Part shown: one piece after another, positions 37,474 to 49,512 of the stretch
How the letters are laid out: each line of letters begins with the position of its first letter
Position numbering within the stretch: position 1 is the first letter of the stretch
NCBI GenBank assembly: GCA_029246985.1
Contig: JAQWMC010000002.1
Location: forward strand, 1 to 50,690
Origin: Pirellulales bacterium
Lineage (GTDB): Bacteria; Planctomycetota; Planctomycetia; Pirellulales; UBA1268
DNA: 50,690 bases
Direction: 5' to 3'
Notes under the pieces: generated by a model
Database searches by the model: none
The model's input: the letters and a program-made list of their open reading frames with translations, nothing else
Told to the model about the DNA's origin: nothing
Translations under genes and position numbers: made by a program

Positions 37474-38387
37474 TGGGCAATTCACATAGTACTTCCGCTG
37501 ACCAAAGTTCAGAGGGTGCACTCGAGCAGGCATGGGAAGCCTATTGGTTCTTGCCTACAGTCAGCTGTTCACTTGCTGTTGTACGTGTCGTGACGGGTGT
37601 TCTTGGCTTACTTTTGTGCGCAACCTACGGAACGGATCTTTCTGGATGGTTTGGGCCTCGCGGCTGGCTACCTATTGATTCGGTGATTGCCTGGCGATCG
37701 TCATTTGCCTATTCGATATTTGACGCATGCGAGACAAACACTCATCTCTCGGTTGCTTTTTACGGTCTGGTCTCTCTTTTTGGCTTTCTTACTATTGGTT
37801 TTCTTACCCCAGTCACGTCACTTCTGGCTGCTCTTGGATGGGCCTCATTGCTTCATCGCGGTCCAATGCTGGCTGGTCCTGCAGATGATGGTATGGCGAT
37901 CCTTCTTTGGTGTCTTGTCATTGGCTCTTCAGGAGAGTATTTTTCCATCGATGCGATATTGCACAGGCGTCTTGGTTGGTATGCCAGTCGACCTCGAGTT
38001 CGAACTCGCATTGCGGTAGGGCTATTACAGGTGCATGCGGCAGTCATTTCTCTGGCTGCTCTTCTTGCCCAACTCAAGGGTGATGTATGGTGGAATGGCA
38101 CGGCCGTGTGGTGGATTGCAACACGAAAACCAGGGCAAGTAGTTGATATAACAGGTTTTCTTTCTCAGTCGGAATATCTATGCAATATCCTTACGCACGG
38201 AGTGATAGCCTGGGAAGCGTTCGTGGCAGTCGGCATTTGGTTTACGTTCTCACAGAAAATCGTTGCGCGAGCCGGCCTTGTCGTATGGCCAATCATCGGT
38301 GTCTTGACGGCTTGTCCACTGTGGGGATTGGTGATGGCTACGCTAACTATTCCACTCACGCAACTTGTTGATGGAGCTAAGTCATGA
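37470..38387 (+). CDS. HTTM-domain membrane protein (VKGC/SdpB-related), divergent
   Basis: AWEAYWF.P....LAVVRV..G, FSIDA, LLQVH.....L.G..WWNGTA, multi-TM. Confidence 0.75.
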   Translation: MMGNSHSTSADQSSEGALEQAWEAYWFLPTVSCSLAVVRVVTGVLGLLLCATYGTDLSGWFGPRGWLPIDSVIAWRSSFAYSIFDACETNTHLSVAFYGLVSLFGFLTIGFLTPVTSLLAALGWASLLHRGPMLAGPADDGMAILLWCLVIGSSGEYFSIDAILHRRLGWYASRPRVRTRIAVGLLQVHAAVISLAALLAQLKGDVWWNGTAVWWIATRKPGQVVDITGFLSQSEYLCNILTHGVIAWEAFVAVGIWFTFSQKIVARAGLVVWPIIGVLTACPLWGLVMATLTIPLTQLVDGAKS

Positions 38388-38414
38388 ATGCGTGTTCTGC
38401 TGAAATAAACCAAA

Positions 38415-40762
<2,348 letters not shown>

Positions 40763-41096
40763 GCCATAAGTATAGCTGCTCAAGCAAAGCGATCAGGCAA
40801 CGTTTGTTAAGTACGTTTCAAGATTCAACCGCCGAGAACACCCGATATGCGACAAGTTTGATTCGAACCAACGGTATGGCCCTGAACAGATCCTTCTAGG
40901 ATGAAAGAAAGTTGAAAAGCCTGATCATTGAGGTATTTAGGGCTTTATTTGCCTCAGTGTGGAATTGAAGGGAAATTTGGTTTGGGAATATTCAGTGACA
41001 CATTTTGCTACGCCTGAGGTGGAACGCTAGTACCCTTGATCCCCGAAAATTGCTGTTGTTGGGATAAGCCGTATCACTCTTTAGGCACTAGCGGTT

Positions 41097-42197
41097 TCAG
41101 GATGTGTTTATTGAAGGGCCATCAGCATGACTTTCGATGCCTGCAAAGTCGCATAAGAGAGACTCAGTGACAGATTGTGGGCAACTCCATACCAGAAAAA
41201 ACATGGACTCACGTATGAGTCGCTCGATTGGATGCCCTTGTACAAAGCCGGCTCCTTTCGATGCAGTAAGTGCGGCCTGCGCTGTCCGGGTGACTAATGT
41301 GTTTGCTTGCTGCCGAAGTAGATTTCGTTCCTGCGTACCAATGCCGTATGTCGTGGCTTCAAAGAGAGTAACTTCAATTGCAGAAACTTCTTTCTCAAGT
41401 TCAGCCGTTATTGGTTTAAGGGCGTCTCTTCGGAAGGATTCTTGCTCAAGTATCGCGAGTGAGGCTCGAGCGCTTCCTATGGCTAAGGCGGTTGTTCCCA
41501 GCCCTCCAGTCTGAGGACCGGTCTCAGTTTGCGGTGTGATCTCGGCTTCCGTTGATACATCCTTCAAGTCGATGCTCGATGTACGGCTCCCTGTCAATGC
41601 AAGTAAGTCCATTGGAGGAGCCACTTGTATGCCGGAGCTGTTCATTCTGAGGATGAAGAAATGCGGAGTCGCTTGAGAATCTTTTGAATTCATGGGTACA
41701 GCACCTGTAACAAGAGTATTCACACTGTCGGCGCCAGTAACCCAGGGACACTTGCCATTGAGAGACCAGCCCATGTCTGTTCGTCTTGCTGTCAGGATGG
41801 GCCGTCCTAGATGCTGTCGGCTGGTTGTTAGTTGAGATATGCCAACAGTTGTAAATTGTCGGCCTGCCGCGAGGTCAGGAAGAAAACTCGCTCGAGTTTC
41901 CTGACTTCCTCGAGAGACGATACGAACAGCGCTCGCCCATTGCGTGAGGGCTAATGCAGTAGTGAGACAACAAGATGCAATGGAAACCAGAAGTTGCATA
42001 ATTTCGGTTTCCGAAGCCTCTGTTCCACCATCATTATTCTTAATCCAGCCTGCCAAGCAGCCGTGAGAAGCAAGTTTCGAAAAGGCGCCACTTTCCCAAG
42101 GCCCTGATTCTCTTGTTTTTGCATCAACCGATTTGACCTCCTGGCAGAGTTCTGCGAGTGACGAACCGGTCGGAAATTGAGGGGGAATAATCGACAT
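41097..42197 (-). CDS. Acyl-CoA dehydrogenase family flavoprotein
   Basis: LNGKCPWVTG, A....G..GF....P.ERL.RE; substrate unknown. Confidence 0.82.
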   Translation of the reverse strand: MSIIPPQFPTGSSLAELCQEVKSVDAKTRESGPWESGAFSKLASHGCLAGWIKNNDGGTEASETEIMQLLVSIASCCLTTALALTQWASAVRIVSRGSQETRASFLPDLAAGRQFTTVGISQLTTSRQHLGRPILTARRTDMGWSLNGKCPWVTGADSVNTLVTGAVPMNSKDSQATPHFFILRMNSSGIQVAPPMDLLALTGSRTSSIDLKDVSTEAEITPQTETGPQTGGLGTTALAIGSARASLAILEQESFRRDALKPITAELEKEVSAIEVTLFEATTYGIGTQERNLLRQQANTLVTRTAQAALTASKGAGFVQGHPIERLIRESMFFLVWSCPQSVTESLLCDFAGIESHADGPSINTS

Positions 42198-42355
42198 GGA
42201 TTAGCTTAATATAACCTGTTTTGTGAATGCACGAGCGACTGATTCTATAGGTTTCACCCAGCACGTGCTGACCCAAGCAGTTTGTGGCGTACCACGATAT
42301 ACTATTCACGCAGGCTGGTGCCCTACCATCTCCTTTCCTCACTTGGAGTTACACC

Positions 42356-44572
42356 GTGAGCCGTATCGACGACATAGTTGATCACACTGTAGAACCGAAC
42401 ATCACTCAGCAGACGCTTGCTCTGGATGAACTTTCTCCTCAGTCACTGTATGCAAAGTGCACAACATTGGCTCAGAATCTGTGGTGGAGTTGGCATCCAG
42501 AAGTGACGAATCTATTTCGGGATCTGGACCCAATTCGCTGGAGGCAACTTGATCATAACCCAATTGCATTATTGGCAGAGTTTACTCCTGATCGTCTCGA
42601 GTCTCGCGCAGCCGAACTTGTCTTGTACAGTCGAATCAATCAAGCACATAGACGACTCAAAGAGTATCTTTCGGCTGATTCGACATGGAGTAATGTGCAC
42701 GCAGGCGTTCTTGGTTCAAATCCGGTTGTTTATTTTTCTGCTGAGTTTGGTATTCATGAGTCAGTACCAATTTATTCCGGAGGCCTGGGCGTCTTGGCTG
42801 GTGACCACGTGAAGAGTGCGAGTGGCCTTGGTATTCCCCTCGTTGCAGTTGGTCTTTTCTATAACCAGGGCTACTTCAGGCAACAGCTAGATGGTGACGG
42901 ATATCAGCATGAAGAGTATTTGGACTCTCGGGTTAATCTGCTACCAATCAAATCGGCCACTGACAAACACGGAGCCCCCATTACAGTCACAGTAGAAACT
43001 CGGTCAGGCCCGATACATGCGAAGGTTTGGCAAATGGCGGTTGGTCGTGCCAAACTCTTTCTTTTGGATTGCGATATTGATGGGAATGATTCTGAAGATC
43101 GTGAGTTAACGAGTCGGCTTTATGGTGGTGACACAAGGACTCGGATTCGACAGGAAATGGTTTTGGGTGTTGGAGGCGTCAAGGCTATTCGAGCCCTTGG
43201 TATTGTTCCAGGCGTGTATCACCTCAACGAGGGCCACTCGGCATTCGCTACGCTCGAAGCCGTTCGTGGTCGCATGGACCGAGACGGATATTCGTTTGAT
43301 GATTCAGTCAGTCAGGTGGCTCGTCAAACCGTTTTTACAACACATACGCCGGTGCCGGCTGGTCATGATCGATTTGATAATGGGCTGATCGAGGAACATC
43401 TTGGCCCAACTCGTGATGCACTTGGTATTTCGCATGATCAACTGATGTCGTTTGGACGCGTTGAACCCCATAATCACGAGGAGCCATTCTGCATGACTGT
43501 GCTCGGGCTTAAGTTGTCACGTCGTGCTAATGGAGTGAGCGCTTTGCATGGTCATGTAAGTCGACGAATGTGGTCAGGTCTGTGGCCTTCACGAGTCGAG
43601 GAGGAAGTGCCTGTTGGGCATATAACTAACGGTGTACATGTACAAAGTTGGCTTTCGTGGCAGATGCTTCAGCTTTATGATCGTTTGTTTCCTTCTGGAT
43701 GGATTGGCCGCATGGGCGAGCCAGATGTTTGGCAAAAAATCTACGATGTTGATCCTGGGGAACTATGGGAAACCCATTATGCATTGAAGAACCTCTTGCT
43801 CCAATTCGTTCGGCGGCGAGTAACAAGGCAATGTAATCGCCGTGGAGAGAATAACGAATCGATCGAATCCGCTCGTACGGTCCTCGACCCAAATGTGCTC
43901 ACTATCGGATTTGCGAGACGTTTTGCAACCTATAAAAGGGCAGCACTGTTTCTCACTCAGCTTGATCGGCTCCATGATTTAGTTTGTGACAAGAACAGGC
44001 CGATTCAGATTATCTTTGCGGGAAAGGCTCATCCTGCAGATGAACCAGGGAAAGCCCTCATACAAAAAATTGCAAACCTACGACACGATTCTCAGATGGC
44101 AGGAAGAATCGTCTTTGTTGAAGATTACGATATCAATGTGTGTCGGCATCTTATTCAGGGTGTTGATGTATGGCTCAATAATCCAAGACGTCCTCTCGAG
44201 GCCTCTGGAACAAGTGGCCAAAAAGTTGTTCTCAACGGTGGTATCAACTGTTCGATTCTCGATGGCTGGTGGGCTGAAGCGTTTAATGGTCGGAATGGGT
44301 TTGCGATCGGCCGCGGAGAGACACATGCCCAAGATGACATCACCGATCAGAGAGACGGAGAGGCCTTGTTCGATGTGCTTCAGCACGAAGTTATCCCACT
44401 ATTTTATGAACGAGACGTGGATGGACTTCCCCGCGCCTGGATCAAAATGATGATGCACTCTATTTCATCATTAGCGTGGAGGTTTAGTGCACATCGAATG
44501 GTGATGGACTATGCCAAGAACTGTTATGTTCCTGCAGCTGGTGGTTTGTCCTGTGACATGAATCACCGCTAA
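42356..44572 (+). CDS. glgP: Alpha-glucan (glycogen/maltodextrin) phosphorylase
   Basis: YFSAEFG, YSGGLGVLAGD, HLNEGH, FTTHTP, ARRFATYKR, EASGTSGQK (PLP Lys); start set at GTG 42356 with GGAG SD. Confidence 0.94.
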   Translation: MSRIDDIVDHTVEPNITQQTLALDELSPQSLYAKCTTLAQNLWWSWHPEVTNLFRDLDPIRWRQLDHNPIALLAEFTPDRLESRAAELVLYSRINQAHRRLKEYLSADSTWSNVHAGVLGSNPVVYFSAEFGIHESVPIYSGGLGVLAGDHVKSASGLGIPLVAVGLFYNQGYFRQQLDGDGYQHEEYLDSRVNLLPIKSATDKHGAPITVTVETRSGPIHAKVWQMAVGRAKLFLLDCDIDGNDSEDRELTSRLYGGDTRTRIRQEMVLGVGGVKAIRALGIVPGVYHLNEGHSAFATLEAVRGRMDRDGYSFDDSVSQVARQTVFTTHTPVPAGHDRFDNGLIEEHLGPTRDALGISHDQLMSFGRVEPHNHEEPFCMTVLGLKLSRRANGVSALHGHVSRRMWSGLWPSRVEEEVPVGHITNGVHVQSWLSWQMLQLYDRLFPSGWIGRMGEPDVWQKIYDVDPGELWETHYALKNLLLQFVRRRVTRQCNRRGENNESIESARTVLDPNVLTIGFARRFATYKRAALFLTQLDRLHDLVCDKNRPIQIIFAGKAHPADEPGKALIQKIANLRHDSQMAGRIVFVEDYDINVCRHLIQGVDVWLNNPRRPLEASGTSGQKVVLNGGINCSILDGWWAEAFNGRNGFAIGRGETHAQDDITDQRDGEALFDVLQHEVIPLFYERDVDGLPRAWIKMMMHSISSLAWRFSAHRMVMDYAKNCYVPAAGGLSCDMNHR

Positions 44573-44586
44573 GAGATCCGCAGATT

Positions 44587-45705
44587 TTACGCTGCCTGAG
44601 TGCGACGTATCTCGTGGTATGGCGTGGACTTTAGAAGGACACATCCACGAAGCACTTCAGGCTTCCCAGGGCTACCAACGGCAGCTGTTGGGCAAGCGAT
44701 AATACCACTAAGTTGATCCCATGTTTCTCGGAGGGCGAACGGAACCGAGCAGGCACTAACATTCCCAGCTCGTTCAGTCAGCCCGTTTATAAGCTGACCA
44801 CCGATCCCGTACTCTTCGAGCTTCATTCCTGTAAAGCGGACAATGCCAGTACCCGCTTGGTGGGGAACAACATAGTCAACGTCATCTCCGCAGAGACTTG
44901 AGGCTTTGAGTGCTGATGCAACAGCAGCCGACATCTGACGGGGGGCCGTGTCGGCAATAGCCATACCATCGAGTGTGTACACAATCCGTTCATCTGCGTG
45001 TGCAACTCCACCATTTGGTAATGGTATTGGGACGTTTTCTCGCCTCTCAAAGTTAAACGCAGGGTGCTCAATCTGTTCACGACGAGCATCTGCGTGTAAG
45101 AGTTCGAAGTGTGCAGGGTGCCGTTGACTTGTTAGTGGAGCAAGGAGTGTTGCTGAGGCCATATCGCCAAAGAGGCCAGCAGTTTGGCTACAGCTGTAAT
45201 CTGTGATTCGACTTATACGACTTGCTGCTACAACAAGGATGAATTCATTATTTTGTAAATTAAGGCGAGGAGCCCAACGCTTTTGAATCAGGCTTAACGA
45301 TCGACTGTACCCGCAACAAAACCAGTTGATCCCAAGAGTTCGTATATGTGGCACATTCAGCCGCTTAGTTAATTGGCGGGCTGCATGTTGCGGTCGTTCA
45401 TGCTTGGCTTGTGACTTTCCAAGAAAACGATCAGCAATTGATGGTGGTAAAAAAGAGGGCGAAGCAAATAAGATGCCCCGGCAGTCGGCGAGGTTGCAGC
45501 CGGTCTCAGCCTGCAATTTCCGAACAACTCGTACACCCATTGTTACTTCATCTTCTAAGGAAATAGCCCTCGACTCAATGCCGGTATGCCGGCTGAATTT
45601 CCTTGGCATCGTCTCGCCAAACCATGCGTTATTCAATATCCAAGATGGTCGGTGTACGGAAACAGCCGAGATACCAAAGCGATTTGTGTCTTCTTGTATG
45701 TCCAT
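44587..45705 (-). CDS. Divergent 3-oxoacyl-ACP synthase III (FabH-like) condensing enzyme
   Basis: TGI..R, FCCGY (Cys), LFGD.A.A, VPHQAG (His), GNVSACS (Asn); start set at ATG 45705. Confidence 0.8.
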   Translation of the reverse strand: MDIQEDTNRFGISAVSVHRPSWILNNAWFGETMPRKFSRHTGIESRAISLEDEVTMGVRVVRKLQAETGCNLADCRGILFASPSFLPPSIADRFLGKSQAKHERPQHAARQLTKRLNVPHIRTLGINWFCCGYSRSLSLIQKRWAPRLNLQNNEFILVVAASRISRITDYSCSQTAGLFGDMASATLLAPLTSQRHPAHFELLHADARREQIEHPAFNFERRENVPIPLPNGGVAHADERIVYTLDGMAIADTAPRQMSAAVASALKASSLCGDDVDYVVPHQAGTGIVRFTGMKLEEYGIGGQLINGLTERAGNVSACSVPFALRETWDQLSGIIACPTAAVGSPGKPEVLRGCVLLKSTPYHEIRRTQAA

Positions 45706-45916
45706 CGAGCTTTCTGACCTTTTATAAAACGTAAGGCGGCTAGATACTGGCAATCCGAAACATCTGGTGCTAGCCGAAAAAACATTTATTTCTGTGATTT
45801 AGGTTGTTTTCCATGCATGAATGACCTGAAACGCGTGCAATACTTACTTCGGGAATACTTCCGATTCTTCAGTAACGCAAGTTTTCCAGCAAAAAGGCAT
45901 TCTTTCCCGGGGAAAA

Positions 45917-46495
45917 TTGATGGTTCGTGCTGTATTGACTGTGTTAGTAGTCGCGGGATTCTTCATTACTGGAGATATTCCATCTGTCATCACGGGATGC
46001 CAGCAGGGGTTGATGGCTGTTCAAAATCACGCTCAGTCCATGTGCTGGCCAACAGAGTCAACGATCTCTTCGGGACGCGGCAAACACGAACAGCAGCATC
46101 TTCTCGACAAGGACGTAACTTCTGGAATGACGGGCTCGGTGTCACCTTCATGGGAACGGCTTCCACCAGAGGCAATGCGGTCAATTGACCAAAGAGAGTT
46201 AGTCGCCGGGAGTCGTCTAGTTCTGTGGCTTGTCAAAAAAGACACAGTCTCTGCAACGCAGGTCGATGTTATTGATCCCCAGACAGGAGAGGTCTTACTC
46301 ACGCCCAAAGATGCCCCTTCCTGCTCACCGAAAAGGGGCCGTATCGACATGAATGCTCTTCGAGAGGGTGGCGAAGTCTCGGTGCGTTATAACCACAAAC
46401 AACAGTCACATTTCAGGAATTCTGGCACCGTAGCGCAGCATGAACCTTTGGGAGCAGTCCTCGGAATTGAGCACAATCGTTCCGGACAGAAATAA
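45917..46495 (+). CDS. Hypothetical exported protein
   Basis: 192 aa filling the gap between genes; hydrophobic N-terminus, beta-rich C-half. Confidence 0.55.
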   Translation: MMVRAVLTVLVVAGFFITGDIPSVITGCQQGLMAVQNHAQSMCWPTESTISSGRGKHEQQHLLDKDVTSGMTGSVSPSWERLPPEAMRSIDQRELVAGSRLVLWLVKKDTVSATQVDVIDPQTGEVLLTPKDAPSCSPKRGRIDMNALREGGEVSVRYNHKQQSHFRNSGTVAQHEPLGAVLGIEHNRSGQK

Positions 46496-46509
46496 GTCAG
46501 CAGTCAAAG

Positions 46510-48246
46510 TTAGCTGTCACTCGGTGTTTCTGCCTGTGATGTTTCTGCCGGTGTAGCTTCTGCCGGTGTAGCTTCTGCCGGTGCCGAATTTTCAGAATCG
46601 GAAACCTGTTTCTTGGAGAGTCCAATTTTTCGTTCTTCAATATCAACACGAAGAATCTTGACATCAATTGGATCACCGACCTGAACTAATTCCTCTGCAT
46701 TTTCGATCTTATCATCTGACAGTTCCGAAATATGCAGGAGCCCCTCAAGGCCGTCTTCAAGGCCAACAAAGACACCAAAATTGGTAATTTTGGTAATCGT
46801 TCCATGAACAACATCATCAACCTTGTATCTATCAGGGATATCAGCAGTCCACGGATCGTCCTGCATCTGCTTCAGGCCCAACGCAATACGCCGCCGCTGT
46901 TGATCGACAGATAGAACCTTACATTCAATCTCCTGGCCCTTATCAACCATTTCACTTGGATGGGTGACTTTGCGTGTCCAGGACATATCTGTGACATGGA
47001 GGAGGCCATCGATGCCCTCATCGATTTCAATGAAGGCTCCGTAATTTGTCAGATTTCTGACAACACCTTTAACAATGGCACCTGGTGGATAATCTGCCGC
47101 CACTTTTTCCCAAGGATTCTGCTGTGTTTGCTTCATTCCCAGTGAGATCTCTTGTTTGTCCTCGTTAATAGCAAGAACAACAACTTCGACTTCATCTCCA
47201 GGCGAAACAAGTTCACTCGGGTGGCTTACTCGCTTCGTCCAACTCATTTCACTAATGTGAACGAGTCCTTCGACGCCGTCTTCAAGTTTCACAAACGCGC
47301 CGTAGCTCATTACGTTTACGACAGCACCCTTACAAATGGTTTCAACAGGATATCTCTCGGCAACCTTTGCCCATGGGCTCGGTGTTCGCTGCTTCATGCC
47401 CAGTGCAATTTTCTCACGATCACGATCAATGTGTAGCACCTGCACTTCGATTTCCTGATCAATCGAAACCATTTCACTTGGGTGACCAATTCGTCCCCAA
47501 CTCATGTCTGTAATGTGCAGTAGGCCGTCGATGCCTCCGAGATCGACAAACGCGCCGAAGTCAGCAATGTTCTTCACAATGCCTCGGCGGACCTGTCCGA
47601 CCTCAAGTGTTTCCATGAGTTGCTTCTTACGCTCAGATCGTTCCTGTTCGATAAGTGCTCTACGGGAAACGACAATATTTCGACGAGCTTCATCAATTTT
47701 CAGGACGAGGCACTGGATTGCCCTGTTGCAATAGTCGCCTATGTCAGCGGGCCGCCTGATATCAACTTGGCTAGCTGGGAGAAAGACATTCACTCCAGCG
47801 ATATCAACGAGGAGGCCGCCTTTAATTTTTCGAAGGACAAATCCCGTTACAACGTCATCTTCACGAACACTTGACATGACACGCAGCCAGTCTTCGATTC
47901 GACGGGCCTTGCGTTTCGAGAGAGTTATGAGGCCTCGGTGCTCATCAACAATATTTTCTTCAATGTCTTCGAGAAGAACCTTGATGACATCCCCAATTTC
48001 TGGGGCAGGTTCTGTTTCATCCCATTCATTTCGTGGGATATGGCCTTCACTCTTGTACCCAACATCAACAAGAACGAATTCATCGTCAACTCGTAAAATC
48101 TTTCCTTCAACAACACTATTGATTGCAAGAGAGGGAGCCTGGCCAACATCAAAATCGGCGGCATCACTTCCGCCCATTGCCAGATCTATTTCTTGTTCGA
48201 GTTCATCTCCTAAATCAAGTTCACGGATAAGATTTCGGTTGACCAT
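46510..48246 (-). CDS. rpsA: 30S ribosomal protein S1
   Basis: Six S1 domains (DVGYKSEG, FLPASQ, FGAFVDLGGIDGLLHITDMSW and others). Confidence 0.97.
   Translation of the reverse strand: MVNRNLIRELDLGDELEQEIDLAMGGSDAADFDVGQAPSLAINSVVEGKILRVDDEFVLVDVGYKSEGHIPRNEWDETEPAPEIGDVIKVLLEDIEENIVDEHRGLITLSKRKARRIEDWLRVMSSVREDDVVTGFVLRKIKGGLLVDIAGVNVFLPASQVDIRRPADIGDYCNRAIQCLVLKIDEARRNIVVSRRALIEQERSERKKQLMETLEVGQVRRGIVKNIADFGAFVDLGGIDGLLHITDMSWGRIGHPSEMVSIDQEIEVQVLHIDRDREKIALGMKQRTPSPWAKVAERYPVETICKGAVVNVMSYGAFVKLEDGVEGLVHISEMSWTKRVSHPSELVSPGDEVEVVVLAINEDKQEISLGMKQTQQNPWEKVAADYPPGAIVKGVVRNLTNYGAFIEIDEGIDGLLHVTDMSWTRKVTHPSEMVDKGQEIECKVLSVDQQRRRIALGLKQMQDDPWTADIPDRYKVDDVVHGTITKITNFGVFVGLEDGLEGLLHISELSDDKIENAEELVQVGDPIDVKILRVDIEERKIGLSKKQVSDSENSAPAEATPAEATPAETSQAETPSDS
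46543..46583. repeat. 15-bp tandem repeat (about 2.7 copies) encoding PAEAT in the S1 C-tail
   Basis: ttctgccggtgtagc x2 plus ttctgccggtg. Confidence 0.9.
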
Positions 48247-48261
48247 ACGTTCGCGGGGTTA

Positions 48262-48303
48262 GAGGAATGAATTAGGTTGAAATGCTTTCAGAGAGTATTC
48301 CTC
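48262..48303 (-). promoter_or_regulatory. Structured rpsA 5' leader hairpin
   Basis: gaggaat/attcctc outer stem and tgaaa/tttca inner stem 15 nt upstream of the ATG; no SD before the start. Confidence 0.45.
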
Positions 48304-48448
48304 ACCGACAATAGCCGTTGGGTTTCCTCTCTCATGCAAGTCTCGAAGTCTAGCAGGAGGACCAATGCTGAACAATTGATGTGTATTCCGTGCGATTAAA
48401 AGACAAAGACTCATTCCCCAGACTTCCCAATCGCACCCATACAGGATC

Positions 48449-49492
48449 ATGGTGTCGAACGGGTCAGGACTTGCCGATTGCTCAAATATGACTCAATTTT
48501 CCCTCCAAAGCCGCAGTTTTGAAGATCTCTGCCGACGAGATCTTTTGCGGGTACTTGCAGCGACAACTGGAGGAGCGATTTCATGTAGGCAACTACTTAG
48601 TCAGTTTCAAGAGACGTCTTTGAATAGTCATGCTCCACAGTTTGGCGTTTCAGGGATTCAGCGATACCGGGTGGGTGTTCGTGTTGTAGCTCAAGGCGGA
48701 CGATGTCGAGATATCTACGCGACGTTGCCTGTGCCGATGGATTGGCCAGAGCAGGGAGTGCGAATAGTCGACGAAGATACGACGACCGATATTCGTCGAT
48801 TACGGTTCCGGGATCTTCATGGTGCAGCTCGACAAATGATTGTTGAGATACCCGATCTGGCTGCTGGAAGGGAAGCAAAAGCAATAGTGACATATGAACT
48901 CGAGCGTTCTGCAATCTTGGCACCACAAACAACAGATAATTTGAAACTGCCATTGAAGTCCGAACATGATCTGAGAGTATTCCTTCGACCAAGTCCCTAC
49001 ATTGAAAGCCGCAATACTTCGATTGTGCGGCTCATGCGTGAGACAACAAAAGACGTAGAGGGCTGGAGCAAGGTAGAGGCCATTTATGATGTTGTACGCC
49101 AGCGTGTCGAATATCGTAATGGTGAATTGAAAGGCGCAGCTCGTGCTCTGGCAGATGGGTGGGGAGACTGTGAGGAGCTCACCTGTTTGTTTATTGCGAT
49201 GGCAAGAGCAGCTGGTATTCCTGCAAGGACGGTTTGGGTTGAGGGGCACTGTTACCCAGAGTTCTACCTGGTTTGCTCAGATGGCAATGGGTACTGGTAC
49301 CCGTGTCAAGCAGCTGGAGCTCGGGCCTTTGGCAGCATGCCCGATCTCCTTCCGATCTTGCAGAAGGGTGATAACTTTCGGGACCCGGATCGTCCTGGTC
49401 GAAGTCTTCGATATGTTTCAGAGTTTATTCGAGGCTCTGCAATTGGGGGCGCGGGCTCTCCTCGCGTTATCTGGGTTCGCGAAGGAGCCTGA
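48449..49492 (+). CDS. Transglutaminase-like domain protein, possibly Tat-exported
   Basis: GDCEE..LF.AM.RAAGIPAR, GHCYPEFY; RRDLL leader; start may be ATG 48488. Confidence 0.82.
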   Translation: MVSNGSGLADCSNMTQFSLQSRSFEDLCRRDLLRVLAATTGGAISCRQLLSQFQETSLNSHAPQFGVSGIQRYRVGVRVVAQGGRCRDIYATLPVPMDWPEQGVRIVDEDTTTDIRRLRFRDLHGAARQMIVEIPDLAAGREAKAIVTYELERSAILAPQTTDNLKLPLKSEHDLRVFLRPSPYIESRNTSIVRLMRETTKDVEGWSKVEAIYDVVRQRVEYRNGELKGAARALADGWGDCEELTCLFIAMARAAGIPARTVWVEGHCYPEFYLVCSDGNGYWYPCQAAGARAFGSMPDLLPILQKGDNFRDPDRPGRSLRYVSEFIRGSAIGGAGSPRVIWVREGA

Positions 49493-49512
49493 CTACGAAC
49501 GAAACACTCGGG

